NCBI GenBank assembly: GCA_013426185.1
Contig: CP058602.1
Span: forward strand, 335,123 to 399,122
Reading direction: 5' to 3'
Source: Candidatus Woesebacteria bacterium
GTDB lineage: Bacteria > Patescibacteriota > Microgenomatia > UBA8517
DNA length: 64,000 nucleotides
Positions within the stretch are counted from its first letter, which is position 1. Every line of letters begins with the position of its first letter. The position numbers and the translations under genes were made by a program. Below are positions 47,307-56,439 of this stretch, in pieces. A model generated the notes under the pieces. That model did not search any database. It had not been told where the DNA came from and saw only the letters and a list, made by a program, of their open reading frames with translations.

Positions 47307-50300
47307 CTATTTCTTTCCCCCGGAGCGAAACTTCCTTAAACCAAGGTAACCTGCAAAAAGTAAAACAGCGATTATTCCAACTGTCAATTTAGTTCTGTCT
47401 TTGGCAAATTTAACAGCCTGTCCCAAAACCCCTCCTTTTTCTTCCTCGGGAGCTTGAGTTGGTGAAGGAGTTGCCTCTTCTGTCTTCTCTTCTCCCAACA
47501 CCTCGCCAGTCGCCTTTTCTTTAGGCAAAATTTTAACTACTTCAGGAGTAGAAGTTGCAGAAACTGATGCTCCCAAAACTGATCCCGCCGAGACTTGAGT
47601 TTCAGGATCTGAAACGACAGATGAAGCATTGCCCGCCTTATCAATTGCTCTTATGGCAAAATAATATTCTTTTCCAGGAGCGGCAGCATTTTCTGAAGTC
47701 ATCTCGGTATCTTTTGATCCCCAGATGGTTGCTACCTCAGTTGAAGAATCAGCCGTGAAATTGGTACTATCCGAACGATAGATTATTACCTTGTCAAAAT
47801 CTTCATTGTCAGGGTTTCGCCAATAAAGCTTGTAGTGTCCATCCCCCAACTTTTCCTTCCTGTAATCGCGAACTGCATCGGGCGCTTGCCTGTCAACTAT
47901 AGTTGAAGTCTCGTCCTCGGCTGTTCCGCCATTAATTACAACCTTGAAGAAATATTTGCCATCTCCATTATAAAAATCACCGCCTGAAACCTGAACATAT
48001 CCTGACGCGCCAGTCAAAGCAGAACCCAAAGTTCTCCAAGACGAATCGCCATCTTTCTTTACATAAAACTGAGCTGAAATTGGATTTTCAGACAAAGCGG
48101 CGTATGAAATCTTAAAGTCTTCTTTATTGATATAGCTTGAAAGCTTGGTTATTGATACATAATCCGAGAAAGCCTTAGCAAAAGGAGCAAAAAGAGAAAA
48201 TACAAGAAGAAAAAGTATTGAGGCAAAAATATTCTTTAATCCTTTCTTGAAACGGCGATAATCAATCCAGTTTTTATTAAGAGCAAAACTGCCAAATTTA
48301 AGGAACAGACCAAAAATTAAAGCGGCAATAGCAAAGACAAAGAAGCGTGTATCAGAACCAGCAGCCGGCAAAACTTGACCCGCTTCAGTTGATGCCCCCA
48401 AGACCTGGCCTACCACTCCAACTCCTGTTGAGTAAGCTAGAACTTGCTTTAACTCAACTTGGGAGTTAACAGGCATGCCAGCATTACTTTCCACCCTCTC
48501 GCCACTCTCTGTATTCTCTGACACTGCCAAAACTTCAACTGGTTCAAAAATTCCTACTACCTCTTCGTTCCCTTCATGCTCATAAGGAATATAAACCCCC
48601 GTCGCAATAGCTATATTTGGATAGACTCCCGAAGTAAGGCTAGGATCAGACTTCATCTTATAAGTTAGAGTCTTTGTATCGCCTTTTTTTCCGGAAGCTT
48701 CAAGCGTGTCAATATACCATTCAAGATAACCAGAAAGCGCAGTTGGCGTGATTGGATTGCCTTCAAGCAGACCAGAACCATTAACATAGCTAAATCCACC
48801 AGCAGGAGCGTCCTTGATAGTTACACCTGTTAAGCGCTGATTGCCTGTATTTTTAATAACAAGAGTATAAATTACCTCGCTTCCTGAAGACAAAGGGCTC
48901 ACAGCGCTATTTGATTTAGTCAAAGAAAGGCCCAAAACAACCTTTAAATTACCAAAGTTGGCCTGAACATCTTTACCTGGATCTACTGTTACATTCTTAC
49001 AATTTCCTTCTGTTGGGTCTGTTGCTATCCACCCTTCGCTTAAAACCTCGCAAACTTGATAGTCGCCCGGAATAACATTGGCAAAAGAATAAGCACCATC
49101 CCCCCCCGTGGTCGTACTATCAATTTCGGTATCGCCCTGTTTTAACACTATTGTCCAACCAGGAAGTAAATTATTCTCATTTTCATCTCGAGATCCGTTG
49201 CCATTGATATCCTCATATTTATAACCAGAGATTGAACCTCTTTTGGTATTAGTAAAGGTACAAGTGACAGTTTCACCTGGTTCAACATTAAATGTGGCTG
49301 TTCGTGTAGAGGTGTTACCAATACTGTTTTCATCATCGCATGTTAAACTTGTCAAATCCCAACCTGTTTTTGCTGATTCAGTTGATGTATATTGATGACC
49401 TGGTAAGACTTCTGCTTTGAAAAGTGTGCCGTTATTTGAATTTATTGTTCCTGAGACATCACCAGTAAAGTCAAAACTGTCTGTACCGCCAACCATTATT
49501 TTTTTAACAATTATCTCTCCGTAATGAGAATTTATGAAAGTAAATGAATTTTTGCTTCCGCTTAACACCGTACCAAAATCATAAGTTGTTGGAGTAAGAT
49601 TTGTCCAACCTGTTTGTACTTCTTCGCTGACTGCATAACTTCCTGGACCAAGATTACTCCACGTATAACATCCGTCTTCACCGGTTGTTTTTGTATCTTT
49701 ATTATTAGTATCTCCATTTTTTATTAAACTTACGCTCCATCCTGAAATCGGCGTTTGGTCATTTGTTGTTTGTGTATCAGCATCAGCATCCTCTAATTTA
49801 CAAGCTTTAATTGAAACATTTTGAAAATTCCCAAAGTTGGAAATTGTTTGCTCACCCGCTACCACAGTAATTGAATTACATACAGGTGAAGTTAGACCAA
49901 CCCCGGGATCTGTATTAGACCAATCTGTTTGATTTATTTCACAGACTTTGTAGTTTCCTGGAACAATATTCATAAATGAATAATTGCCGTTTACATCAGT
50001 TGTTGTTGAAGCAAGCTCGGTAGTACCAGCTTCATCCATTAATTTCACTGTCCATCCGCTAAGGCCATTTTCTCCGTCATTTTTGACGCCATTTCCATTT
50101 ATATCGTTATATTTTATTCCAGCCACGGAACCTCTTTTGGTATTAGTAAAGGTACAAGTAACGTTCTCACCAGCAGCTAATTTTATGGTTGCTGATGGAG
50201 AGGTAGGTAAATTACTAGAAGAATCTTCGGTTGGATCATTGCAAGTTATATTAGTTAAATCCCAACCAGTTGTTGAATTTTCAGTTACAGTATAAGTTCC

Positions 50301-52517
50301 GGCAACCACATTGAAATTTTTTGAGTTTGGTAAAGTTTGATCATCGTCGTCATCTAAAGAAAAATTCCCTAAGTCTCCGGTAAATGAAAAGTCTTGAGGA
50401 TCGTTTGGTTGGGCATCTTTGACAATAGTAATTGTTCCTTGGTTGAGAGTGTTGGTGAAAGTACAAACTACAGAGTCCTCTGTATTACCACTTTTTCCTA
50501 TTTGAATTCCTGAAGCGCTTGTTCCGGTGCCGCTAAGATAGGAGGAACCGTTTTTAGTACAAGACCACTGGGTAGTATAGTTATTAAGATTAGTATTATT
50601 ACCCGCTGTTTCTGTGATTGTGTATGTCCCTAAGTCTACTGAATTAATTCCAGTTGATCCACTGCCAGAGACCGATAGATTAAGATTGGTTGGTCCGCTC
50701 ACAGCAAAATTCCAATTGGTGGAAGAATCATTTGGAACAACATCTTTAATTATTGTCAAACTTCCCTTGTCAGTACGAATAATGACACAGTCTGAAGGGT
50801 CAGAATTAGGTTGAGTTGAGGGATAAGAACAAACATCAAGTAAACTAGCAGAGCTCCCATTACCAATGTCAGCAAGATCTATAGAACAGGAAGCTTTAGT
50901 ATCATTCGGGGAGGAAGCACCAGCAGGAAAAGGATCATCGGCAGAATTTGTCACAGTGCAGCTACTCCGAGAAGGTGAGCCAATTAAAGTACTTCCGGCG
51001 CAACGGTCGGAACGAGTATCATTACAACTATACAAAGTGGGACTACCTGGGACCTGACTTTGACCATTGTTCCATGTAACACAAATTGCATAATTAGCTA
51101 ACCCATCATTATCTGTATCAAATAAAGCGCAAGCGTCAGCGGTATTTGAACCAGGCATAGAAGTTTCATCCCAGTTCCATGTGATTTCCAACGGATTATT
51201 TTGCGTTAAATTACGACAGAGCTTTGTTAAATCTTTTTGACCTGGCTCATCATTAACTCCTGCTGTGTCATTCACACAAGAGAAAGTTGGCGTAGGCGTA
51301 GGAGTTGGGGTAGAAGTTGGAATGGGAGTTGGACTAGCTTCAGTATAATCAACAATTAAATATATTTGAGTCACTATTGCTGTTTTATTCGCACTATTTT
51401 CAACACCAAACTTTACAGACCAACTATTAACTTCAGCTAATGTCCAAGCGGCTCCCGTAAACGGATTAGTTGGCATAACACGACTATACGTGGCATAACT
51501 CCCAGTAAGATTATTATCACTTCCAACACTTCTATCACCATCTGAAGGACCTTTTTCAACTAAAAGTTTTAACTTAGCGCCACCCTGACCTTCTTTGGCA
51601 ACAACATTTAGAGTCACAGAATTGATCGTTGCTCCGGCAGGAACACCCGCATTTGAAAAAGTAAACGATTGTCTTTGTCCATTACCACTATTCGTTATAT
51701 ATGTGGTGTCTCCATCATTTGTTGAAACTGCTGTAACTTTATCTCCGACATTTGCCGTCCATTGATCATAGTTAGCAATTGCTGTAGCTACAAGAGATGA
51801 ACTCAATGTATCCGTAAAACTCACTGAAGCAACAACTGTTCCTGAAGTATCTTTTACCTCAACCAAATAATTCGGCCTGTAGGTGCCGTCAAGTTGATAG
51901 GTGTAAAAAAGGCTACCTGACTCATCTGTGGTAACCCTGTCTGAAAACCTGAAATTACCAGTTTCAGAAGTAATTACCAATTCATACTCTGTATTTGGCA
52001 AAAAGCCACTTCCTGTTATTACAACCGCATCTGTCGGAGCATAATCAAACTTGTCAGTTTTCAAGGTTGCGCTGGTCGTCTCAATATAACTAAGATCAGG
52101 CTCTTCTATTTCTTCTGCATTGGTGTTGCCAAGAATAAAAGCGTTTAATTTAGCATTACTTTCCTCTTCTACTTTAGGGCTACTTTCAAGTTGAGGTGTG
52201 GAAGATTTCCCCAAGACATTTTCTTGGGGTTGATCTTTTACAGTTGCAGATGGAGAAGGTTTAAAAGTTGGTTCTAAAGTTGGAGTGAGAGTTGCTTCTG
52301 GTATCGGCGTATTATAGTTTGTTTGAGCATCTGATGTCGGCTCTACTGTTGGTTCAGCGGTTGGTTCTACTGTTGGCTCTGGCGTCATTTCAACAACTGG
52401 AGTTGGTTCTGGAGTTTCTTGGGCTAAGACAAGCAAAGGAGACCAAAAGGATATGGAGTTAACTAAAATAGAAAAGACAGATATTAAGGCAATTAACCTT
52501 CTTTTACTTTTATTCAT
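47307..52517 (-). CDS. Giant (1736 aa) surface protein with Cna-B/SdrD B-type repeat domains, internal sortase-type sorting signal, FN3 domain and C-terminal TM anchor
   Basis: Signal peptide; PT-rich linker (TPEPTVEPTAEPTVEPT). Repeated TFTNTKRGS...Y[KN][DY][IE]DINGNG...G[WL]...NG.Y.F..[VI].PG.Y.VCE modules (SdrD/Cna B-type). GQVLPAAGSDTR + hydrophobic 15-mer + KFGSFALNKNWIDYRRFKK at about aa 1375 (nt about 48356..48370). Then a further TM, an FN3-like domain and a final TM with RKFRSGGKK tail. Confidence 0.8.
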   Translation of the reverse strand: MNKSKRRLIALISVFSILVNSISFWSPLLVLAQETPEPTPVVEMTPEPTVEPTAEPTVEPTSDAQTNYNTPIPEATLTPTLEPTFKPSPSATVKDQPQENVLGKSSTPQLESSPKVEEESNAKLNAFILGNTNAEEIEEPDLSYIETTSATLKTDKFDYAPTDAVVITGSGFLPNTEYELVITSETGNFRFSDRVTTDESGSLFYTYQLDGTYRPNYLVEVKDTSGTVVASVSFTDTLSSSLVATAIANYDQWTANVGDKVTAVSTNDGDTTYITNSGNGQRQSFTFSNAGVPAGATINSVTLNVVAKEGQGGAKLKLLVEKGPSDGDRSVGSDNNLTGSYATYSRVMPTNPFTGAAWTLAEVNSWSVKFGVENSANKTAIVTQIYLIVDYTEASPTPIPTSTPTPTPTPTFSCVNDTAGVNDEPGQKDLTKLCRNLTQNNPLEITWNWDETSMPGSNTADACALFDTDNDGLANYAICVTWNNGQSQVPGSPTLYSCNDTRSDRCAGSTLIGSPSRSSCTVTNSADDPFPAGASSPNDTKASCSIDLADIGNGSSASLLDVCSYPSTQPNSDPSDCVIIRTDKGSLTIIKDVVPNDSSTNWNFAVSGPTNLNLSVSGSGSTGINSVDLGTYTITETAGNNTNLNNYTTQWSCTKNGSSYLSGTGTSASGIQIGKSGNTEDSVVCTFTNTLNQGTITIVKDAQPNDPQDFSFTGDLGNFSLDDDDDQTLPNSKNFNVVAGTYTVTENSTTGWDLTNITCNDPTEDSSSNLPTSPSATIKLAAGENVTCTFTNTKRGSVAGIKYNDINGNGVKNDGENGLSGWTVKLMDEAGTTELASTTTDVNGNYSFMNIVPGNYKVCEINQTDWSNTDPGVGLTSPVCNSITVVAGEQTISNFGNFQNVSIKACKLEDADADTQTTNDQTPISGWSVSLIKNGDTNNKDTKTTGEDGCYTWSNLGPGSYAVSEEVQTGWTNLTPTTYDFGTVLSGSKNSFTFINSHYGEIIVKKIMVGGTDSFDFTGDVSGTINSNNGTLFKAEVLPGHQYTSTESAKTGWDLTSLTCDDENSIGNTSTRTATFNVEPGETVTCTFTNTKRGSISGYKYEDINGNGSRDENENNLLPGWTIVLKQGDTEIDSTTTGGDGAYSFANVIPGDYQVCEVLSEGWIATDPTEGNCKNVTVDPGKDVQANFGNLKVVLGLSLTKSNSAVSPLSSGSEVIYTLVIKNTGNQRLTGVTIKDAPAGGFSYVNGSGLLEGNPITPTALSGYLEWYIDTLEASGKKGDTKTLTYKMKSDPSLTSGVYPNIAIATGVYIPYEHEGNEEVVGIFEPVEVLAVSENTESGERVESNAGMPVNSQVELKQVLAYSTGVGVVGQVLGASTEAGQVLPAAGSDTRFFVFAIAALIFGLFLKFGSFALNKNWIDYRRFKKGLKNIFASILFLLVFSLFAPFAKAFSDYVSITKLSSYINKEDFKISYAALSENPISAQFYVKKDGDSSWRTLGSALTGASGYVQVSGGDFYNGDGKYFFKVVINGGTAEDETSTIVDRQAPDAVRDYRKEKLGDGHYKLYWRNPDNEDFDKVIIYRSDSTNFTADSSTEVATIWGSKDTEMTSENAAAPGKEYYFAIRAIDKAGNASSVVSDPETQVSAGSVLGASVSATSTPEVVKILPKEKATGEVLGEEKTEEATPSPTQAPEEEKGGVLGQAVKFAKDRTKLTVGIIAVLLFAGYLGLRKFRSGGKK

Positions 52518-52539
52518 TAAGAATGGGCTAACTAGCTCG

Positions 52540-52567
52540 ATTATAACACTGCTATAGGAGTTGTCAA
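52540..52567 (-). promoter_or_regulatory. Near-consensus sigma70 promoter (TTGACA-N16-TATAAT) for the giant surface-protein gene
   Basis: Minus-strand cTTGACAactcctatagcagtgtTATAATcg, about 22 nt upstream of the ATG. A second TTGACA lies 7 nt further upstream. Short leader without SD. Confidence 0.5.
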
Positions 52568-52602
52568 TAATGTCAAGATAACCCTATTACAATTACTATA
52601 TC

Positions 52603-53244
52603 CTATTTTAATTCAACCCCACCATCTTGATGTGCAATAACAACCAGCCTCCTCAAGGTTGTTCCCGGCGGGTAGCAGGTTTGAAGGGTCAATGTATTCC
52701 ATTTTCCTGAATTGCCAAGATAAAAAACATCCTTCGCATCTACAACCTTTTTATCAGATACCTTATAAACAAACTTCTTTTCCTTATAATAAATATCTAT
52801 CTCGTCTCCTCTTTCAAGTTTTCCAAGAAGATAGAAAACGGCATTGTAACGGCCGACATTGTAAAAAGCGTCAGTTGAATGGGCAAAAAGATAGGTATTG
52901 CCAAAACTGCCAGGCAAAGCGGAATATTTTGCATGAGCCACTCCCTTTTTCAAAACTGGCAAATACTCAGAAGCATTAAAAGGATCAACATTGGCAAAAA
53001 CAGGAGCCGAAGCGCCAATTTTGGGAATAACAATTGAAAATTCAGTATTTGGCGGTTCTATTTCTTTAACTAATTTAGAATCAGATTTAACCAATGCCTG
53101 CCTTGCCTGATAGACAATTTCCTCCTTTGTCGCAGGGCCGTATATAAAAAACAAAGTCAAAAGCGAAAGAAAAATGAAAACTTCACCAGCCAAGTTGAGA
53201 TAATAAGAGACCTTCTTTTTCTCGCTTTCTATCTTGCCTGCCAT
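52603..53244 (-). CDS. Sortase (transpeptidase), class uncertain
   Basis: N-terminal TM anchor. Catalytic His (TYLFAHST), Cys (TLTLQTCYPPG) and Arg (TTLRRLVVIA) in canonical order. Confidence 0.8.
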   Translation of the reverse strand: MAGKIESEKKKVSYYLNLAGEVFIFLSLLTLFFIYGPATKEEIVYQARQALVKSDSKLVKEIEPPNTEFSIVIPKIGASAPVFANVDPFNASEYLPVLKKGVAHAKYSALPGSFGNTYLFAHSTDAFYNVGRYNAVFYLLGKLERGDEIDIYYKEKKFVYKVSDKKVVDAKDVFYLGNSGKWNTLTLQTCYPPGTTLRRLVVIAHQDGGVELK

Positions 53245-53263
53245 TAATCAATAATAACACAAA

Positions 53264-53734
53264 TCAAGAAGAGTCAAAGCCTAAGAACTTCTTTAACAAA
53301 GGCGGAAATTTGTTTTGATATTTATTTATAAGATAGACTACAAAAGAAGCGCCAAGAGTGTCTATTACTACGTCTCTAATTCTTGGCTCGCGGCCAGGAA
53401 CAAAAGATTGATGATATTCATCAGACAGGGCGTAGAAAAAAGAAATTAAGATTGACAAAAAAGCAGATTTTTTGAACGAAAACTTGCTACCCCAAAAAGC
53501 ACGAAAATAAAAAAAAGAAAGAATGGTATATTCTACAAAATGAGCTGTTTTTTTAAGCAAAAAATCCTGCCAGTAGAATTTGCTTGTCTTGATAGTCGGA
53601 AGGGAGCTAAAAAAGAAAATAAGCGCCATCCATAAAAGTGGCGGCAACCATAAATTAAAAATCTTCCTGATCTTCGCTGTCTTTGTTTTCATTTTGTTTT
53701 TCTTCTTTCTTCTTTTTAGACTTAAAATAAGCAT
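53264..53734 (-). CDS. VanZ-family membrane protein
   Basis: YALSDEYHQSFVPGREPRIRDVVIDTLG VanZ signature. Start uncertain: track start overlaps the upstream gene by 80 nt, and internal Met codons are possible. Confidence 0.65.
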   Translation of the reverse strand: MLILSLKRRKKKNKMKTKTAKIRKIFNLWLPPLLWMALIFFFSSLPTIKTSKFYWQDFLLKKTAHFVEYTILSFFYFRAFWGSKFSFKKSAFLSILISFFYALSDEYHQSFVPGREPRIRDVVIDTLGASFVVYLINKYQNKFPPLLKKFLGFDSS

Positions 53735-54824
53735 AACTTGCCGCTGACAAAAAAGAAAGACCCGCTATTATAAAAAAGACAGCCGCCAAATTAAAGTAAG
53801 AATCAGAGCCACTAGCTTCTTTATCCTCCTTTATCTTTGCTGATTCAAGACCCAAGACTCTTGGCTCAGACGAGGAATTTAGAGTTAACCCAGATTCACT
53901 GGCTTGGATAGTGTTTTCTGCCTCAAGAGAAGGGGTTGGCGAGGCCTTTGGAGTTGCTGAAGGCTTTGGAGTTGAGGTTGGAGTTGGAGTTGAAATAGTA
54001 AGAATAGGGGTTTCTTCATAATTATTACCCGCTGAAACATCAATCGTCTTGGTCCAACTCTTATAACCAGTTTTTTCAACTTTTATGGTATGGCTGCCAA
54101 AACCACAGGAGACTTTGTTTGAACCGCATTTGCAATCATCGCAAAAAGTATAAGTTTCAGGGGCATAATTGCCGGTATAATTTCCATCAATATAAATCTG
54201 TGTCGCGCCACTTACAACATTATCATTCTGATCTCTCGCGTCATTGATCTTCAAATTAGCCTTGGGTTTTTCAGGACTCTGTGCTGGCGTTGGTAAAGGC
54301 GTGGGAGAAGGAGTTGGAATGGGTAATGCAACATTTATCTTAAAAGCCTCTGCCTCACTAGAACCACTATAACTACCGCAGCTAGATGTAAAACGAAAAG
54401 CTTTGATTACATACTCTCCATTGGGCAAATCATTATTGTCTCCTATTTTAATATTCAAAACATATTCACCATCTGAAGTTATCTTAAAATATTTGTTACA
54501 TTGATTATTACTCTTGTCAGAAGATAAAGAATCAATCTTGACCCAATCCCCATCATTATCCTTCATATAACCAATATAAGAATTGCTGTTTTTAATACCT
54601 ACCTTGAAAAAAGAATCTCCCAAAGGTAGGGAATCGACCACAATCCTTACATCTATTACATCTTCTTTGGAATAAACCTGTACTGGTTCTACCTCTGAAA
54701 TATAAAAGTTAAAAGCAGACTGAACGGATTTTGTAAAGACAAAAAGAAAAAAAACAAGATTGATAGTCAATATTGTCAAAAATAAACTAGAGGATAATTT
54801 TGTTCTACCAGTAATAGCTATCAT
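53655..54824 (-). CDS. Secreted PEGA-domain surface protein with PT-rich linkers and C-terminal TM anchor
   Basis: Signal peptide. PTPSPTPLPTP and TPTPTSTPKPSATPKASPTPS linkers. PEGA-like segment IYIDGNYTGNYAPETYTFCDDC...GSHTIKVEKTGYKSWTKTIDV. C-terminal hydrophobic stretch + KSKKKK. Confidence 0.6.
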   Translation of the reverse strand: MIAITGRTKLSSSLFLTILTINLVFFLFVFTKSVQSAFNFYISEVEPVQVYSKEDVIDVRIVVDSLPLGDSFFKVGIKNSNSYIGYMKDNDGDWVKIDSLSSDKSNNQCNKYFKITSDGEYVLNIKIGDNNDLPNGEYVIKAFRFTSSCGSYSGSSEAEAFKINVALPIPTPSPTPLPTPAQSPEKPKANLKINDARDQNDNVVSGATQIYIDGNYTGNYAPETYTFCDDCKCGSNKVSCGFGSHTIKVEKTGYKSWTKTIDVSAGNNYEETPILTISTPTPTSTPKPSATPKASPTPSLEAENTIQASESGLTLNSSSEPRVLGLESAKIKEDKEASGSDSYFNLAAVFFIIAGLSFLSAASYAYFKSKKKKEEKQNENKDSEDQEDF

Positions 54825-55331
54825 AGATTCTCAATCTCAGATTTCCTAAGGAAAAATCTATTTAAATATCCTTCCCAAAAAAACAAAAAATCAAAAATTT
54901 AGCCTCGTTTGTATCAGCACACTAAAATAAGTATCAAGTATCACGAATCAAGAATCAAGTATTAAGAATAGTTAAAAGTTAAAAGTTCAAAGTTGGAATT
55001 TATTTGTTTGGAATTTGTGATTTGTAATTTGGAATTTGCCTGCCCGCAATCGCTAAAGTGATAGCTTTTGCAGGCGGGGAATTTGGAATTTTGATTTTTT
55101 CCCTTTGTTCTCTGTTCTTTGTTCTAATCTAGTAGGTAAAAGGCAAGAGGTAAAAGGTAAAAGAAATTCAAATAGAAGGCAAAGGATTTCAGATATCAGC
55201 TATCGGATATCAGATATCGACTGTCAACCTTTGGCTATCAGATATAAGTGCTACAAAATTCACAATTTATAGATTACAAAAAATCTCACACCCAAATCTA
55301 ATTCTATCGTAAAATGCTAATTTTTATAAGT
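54825..55331. repeat. Mosaic intergenic repeat region (reverse-orientation copy of modules M1, P3, M2)
   Basis: 54930..54985 matches 57123..57175 and is the reverse complement of 39470..39525. P3 inverted copy at 55039..55078. ggtaaaaggcaagaggtaaaaggtaaaagaaa is the reverse complement of module M2. Tandem atcagatatc/gctatcggatatcagatatcg repeats at 55195..55245. Confidence 0.6.
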
Positions 55332-56408
55332 TTAATAAAAAAGAGTAATTTTTGAACTCCTTGCTATTCTATGGTTCCACCAGTTATAGATCTCTTTCAA
55401 ACTAGCCTTTTTTACCAATGCAATTTTCTCACTCATTGAGAGAATATTAGTAGTTTCCCATTCTAGTTTCTGAATAATTTTGTCTTCTAGCTTTATTATT
55501 ATGTTTTTATTTTTTTCTTCCAACTCTTGTATAAGCTTTTGCCTTGTAGCCTCAAAGACGTATCTATTGCGAGGAGGATTCTTTGCTACTTTTTCAACAA
55601 CATCTAGAAATGACTGGCAATCCTTCGAGTCAACCAGAGAAAAAAAGGTCGAAAAAATTTGAGGTGTAAAATCTTTGTTCATTTCTAGTTGGCAACTATA
55701 GGAAATCCCTTCCTGTCTTATTTTTTTTTCTACTTCTTCTTTAATAATTCTCGAAATGAAAACTAGCTTATAAGCATCTATGACTGAATGAATCGGAACC
55801 TTGATAGAATAGGCGGGATAAATAAGTTTCTCCCTAGGATAAGAATAAATATCATCAATCATTGTGTCCTTGTTTTCAATCTTCCCTTTACCAAACCTAT
55901 TAGCTACAGTATAGATTAGCATCTTAAGTTCTTTAGCAAGAGATGTGGGTGCATATATAATGGAATGTGTTAACTTGATATTTTTTAAAATCTCATCCTT
56001 TTTAGAAAAAGACAGGTTTCTTTCTATTAGCTTTAAGTGTCTTAGAAGAGAACTTTTGTTTTTTTGTTGATATTGAATTAGATTGTGAATCAGCCATCGG
56101 TGCCCTCCTATAGACGATAGTGCTTCTAAAACTATTCTTTTTTTCTCTGCCACTATATCTTCAACTGAGATTCTTCTTAGAAGAAGAACATCCGAAAGAA
56201 ATTCTGGCTCTACTTTATTTCCCACAGCTACCTTAAGTATGCCCGACCCCACCTTTCCATTTTTCTTGCATTTGTCATCCAGAGAACGAAAAAATAGATG
56301 TTCATAAAGATGAGCATATAGGTAGTTAGCCTGTTGATAGTTGAAAAACAGACTTAAAACAAAGTCTCTACTTAAACCTTTTTGGGGTATAATCTTGATA
56401 TCCGGCAT
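55332..56408 (-). CDS. Hypothetical protein with inverzincin HxxEH motif (M16 peptidase-like, possibly non-canonical)
   Basis: LYAHLYEHLFF near the N-terminus resembles the M16 zinc-binding HxxEH (cf. pitrilysin AHFLEHMLF). 358 aa, shorter than typical M16 enzymes. Confidence 0.4.
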   Translation of the reverse strand: MPDIKIIPQKGLSRDFVLSLFFNYQQANYLYAHLYEHLFFRSLDDKCKKNGKVGSGILKVAVGNKVEPEFLSDVLLLRRISVEDIVAEKKRIVLEALSSIGGHRWLIHNLIQYQQKNKSSLLRHLKLIERNLSFSKKDEILKNIKLTHSIIYAPTSLAKELKMLIYTVANRFGKGKIENKDTMIDDIYSYPREKLIYPAYSIKVPIHSVIDAYKLVFISRIIKEEVEKKIRQEGISYSCQLEMNKDFTPQIFSTFFSLVDSKDCQSFLDVVEKVAKNPPRNRYVFEATRQKLIQELEEKNKNIIIKLEDKIIQKLEWETTNILSMSEKIALVKKASLKEIYNWWNHRIARSSKITLFY

Positions 56409-56439
56409 TTTTTAAAACCCTTGAATATTGTCTAACATC

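Noticed and set aside
47307-52517. Splitting the 1736-aa ORF into two genes at the internal sorting signal
   Set aside because: The reading frame is continuous with no stop, and no internal Met with SD follows the charged tail. Kept as one CDS and flagged for read-level verification.
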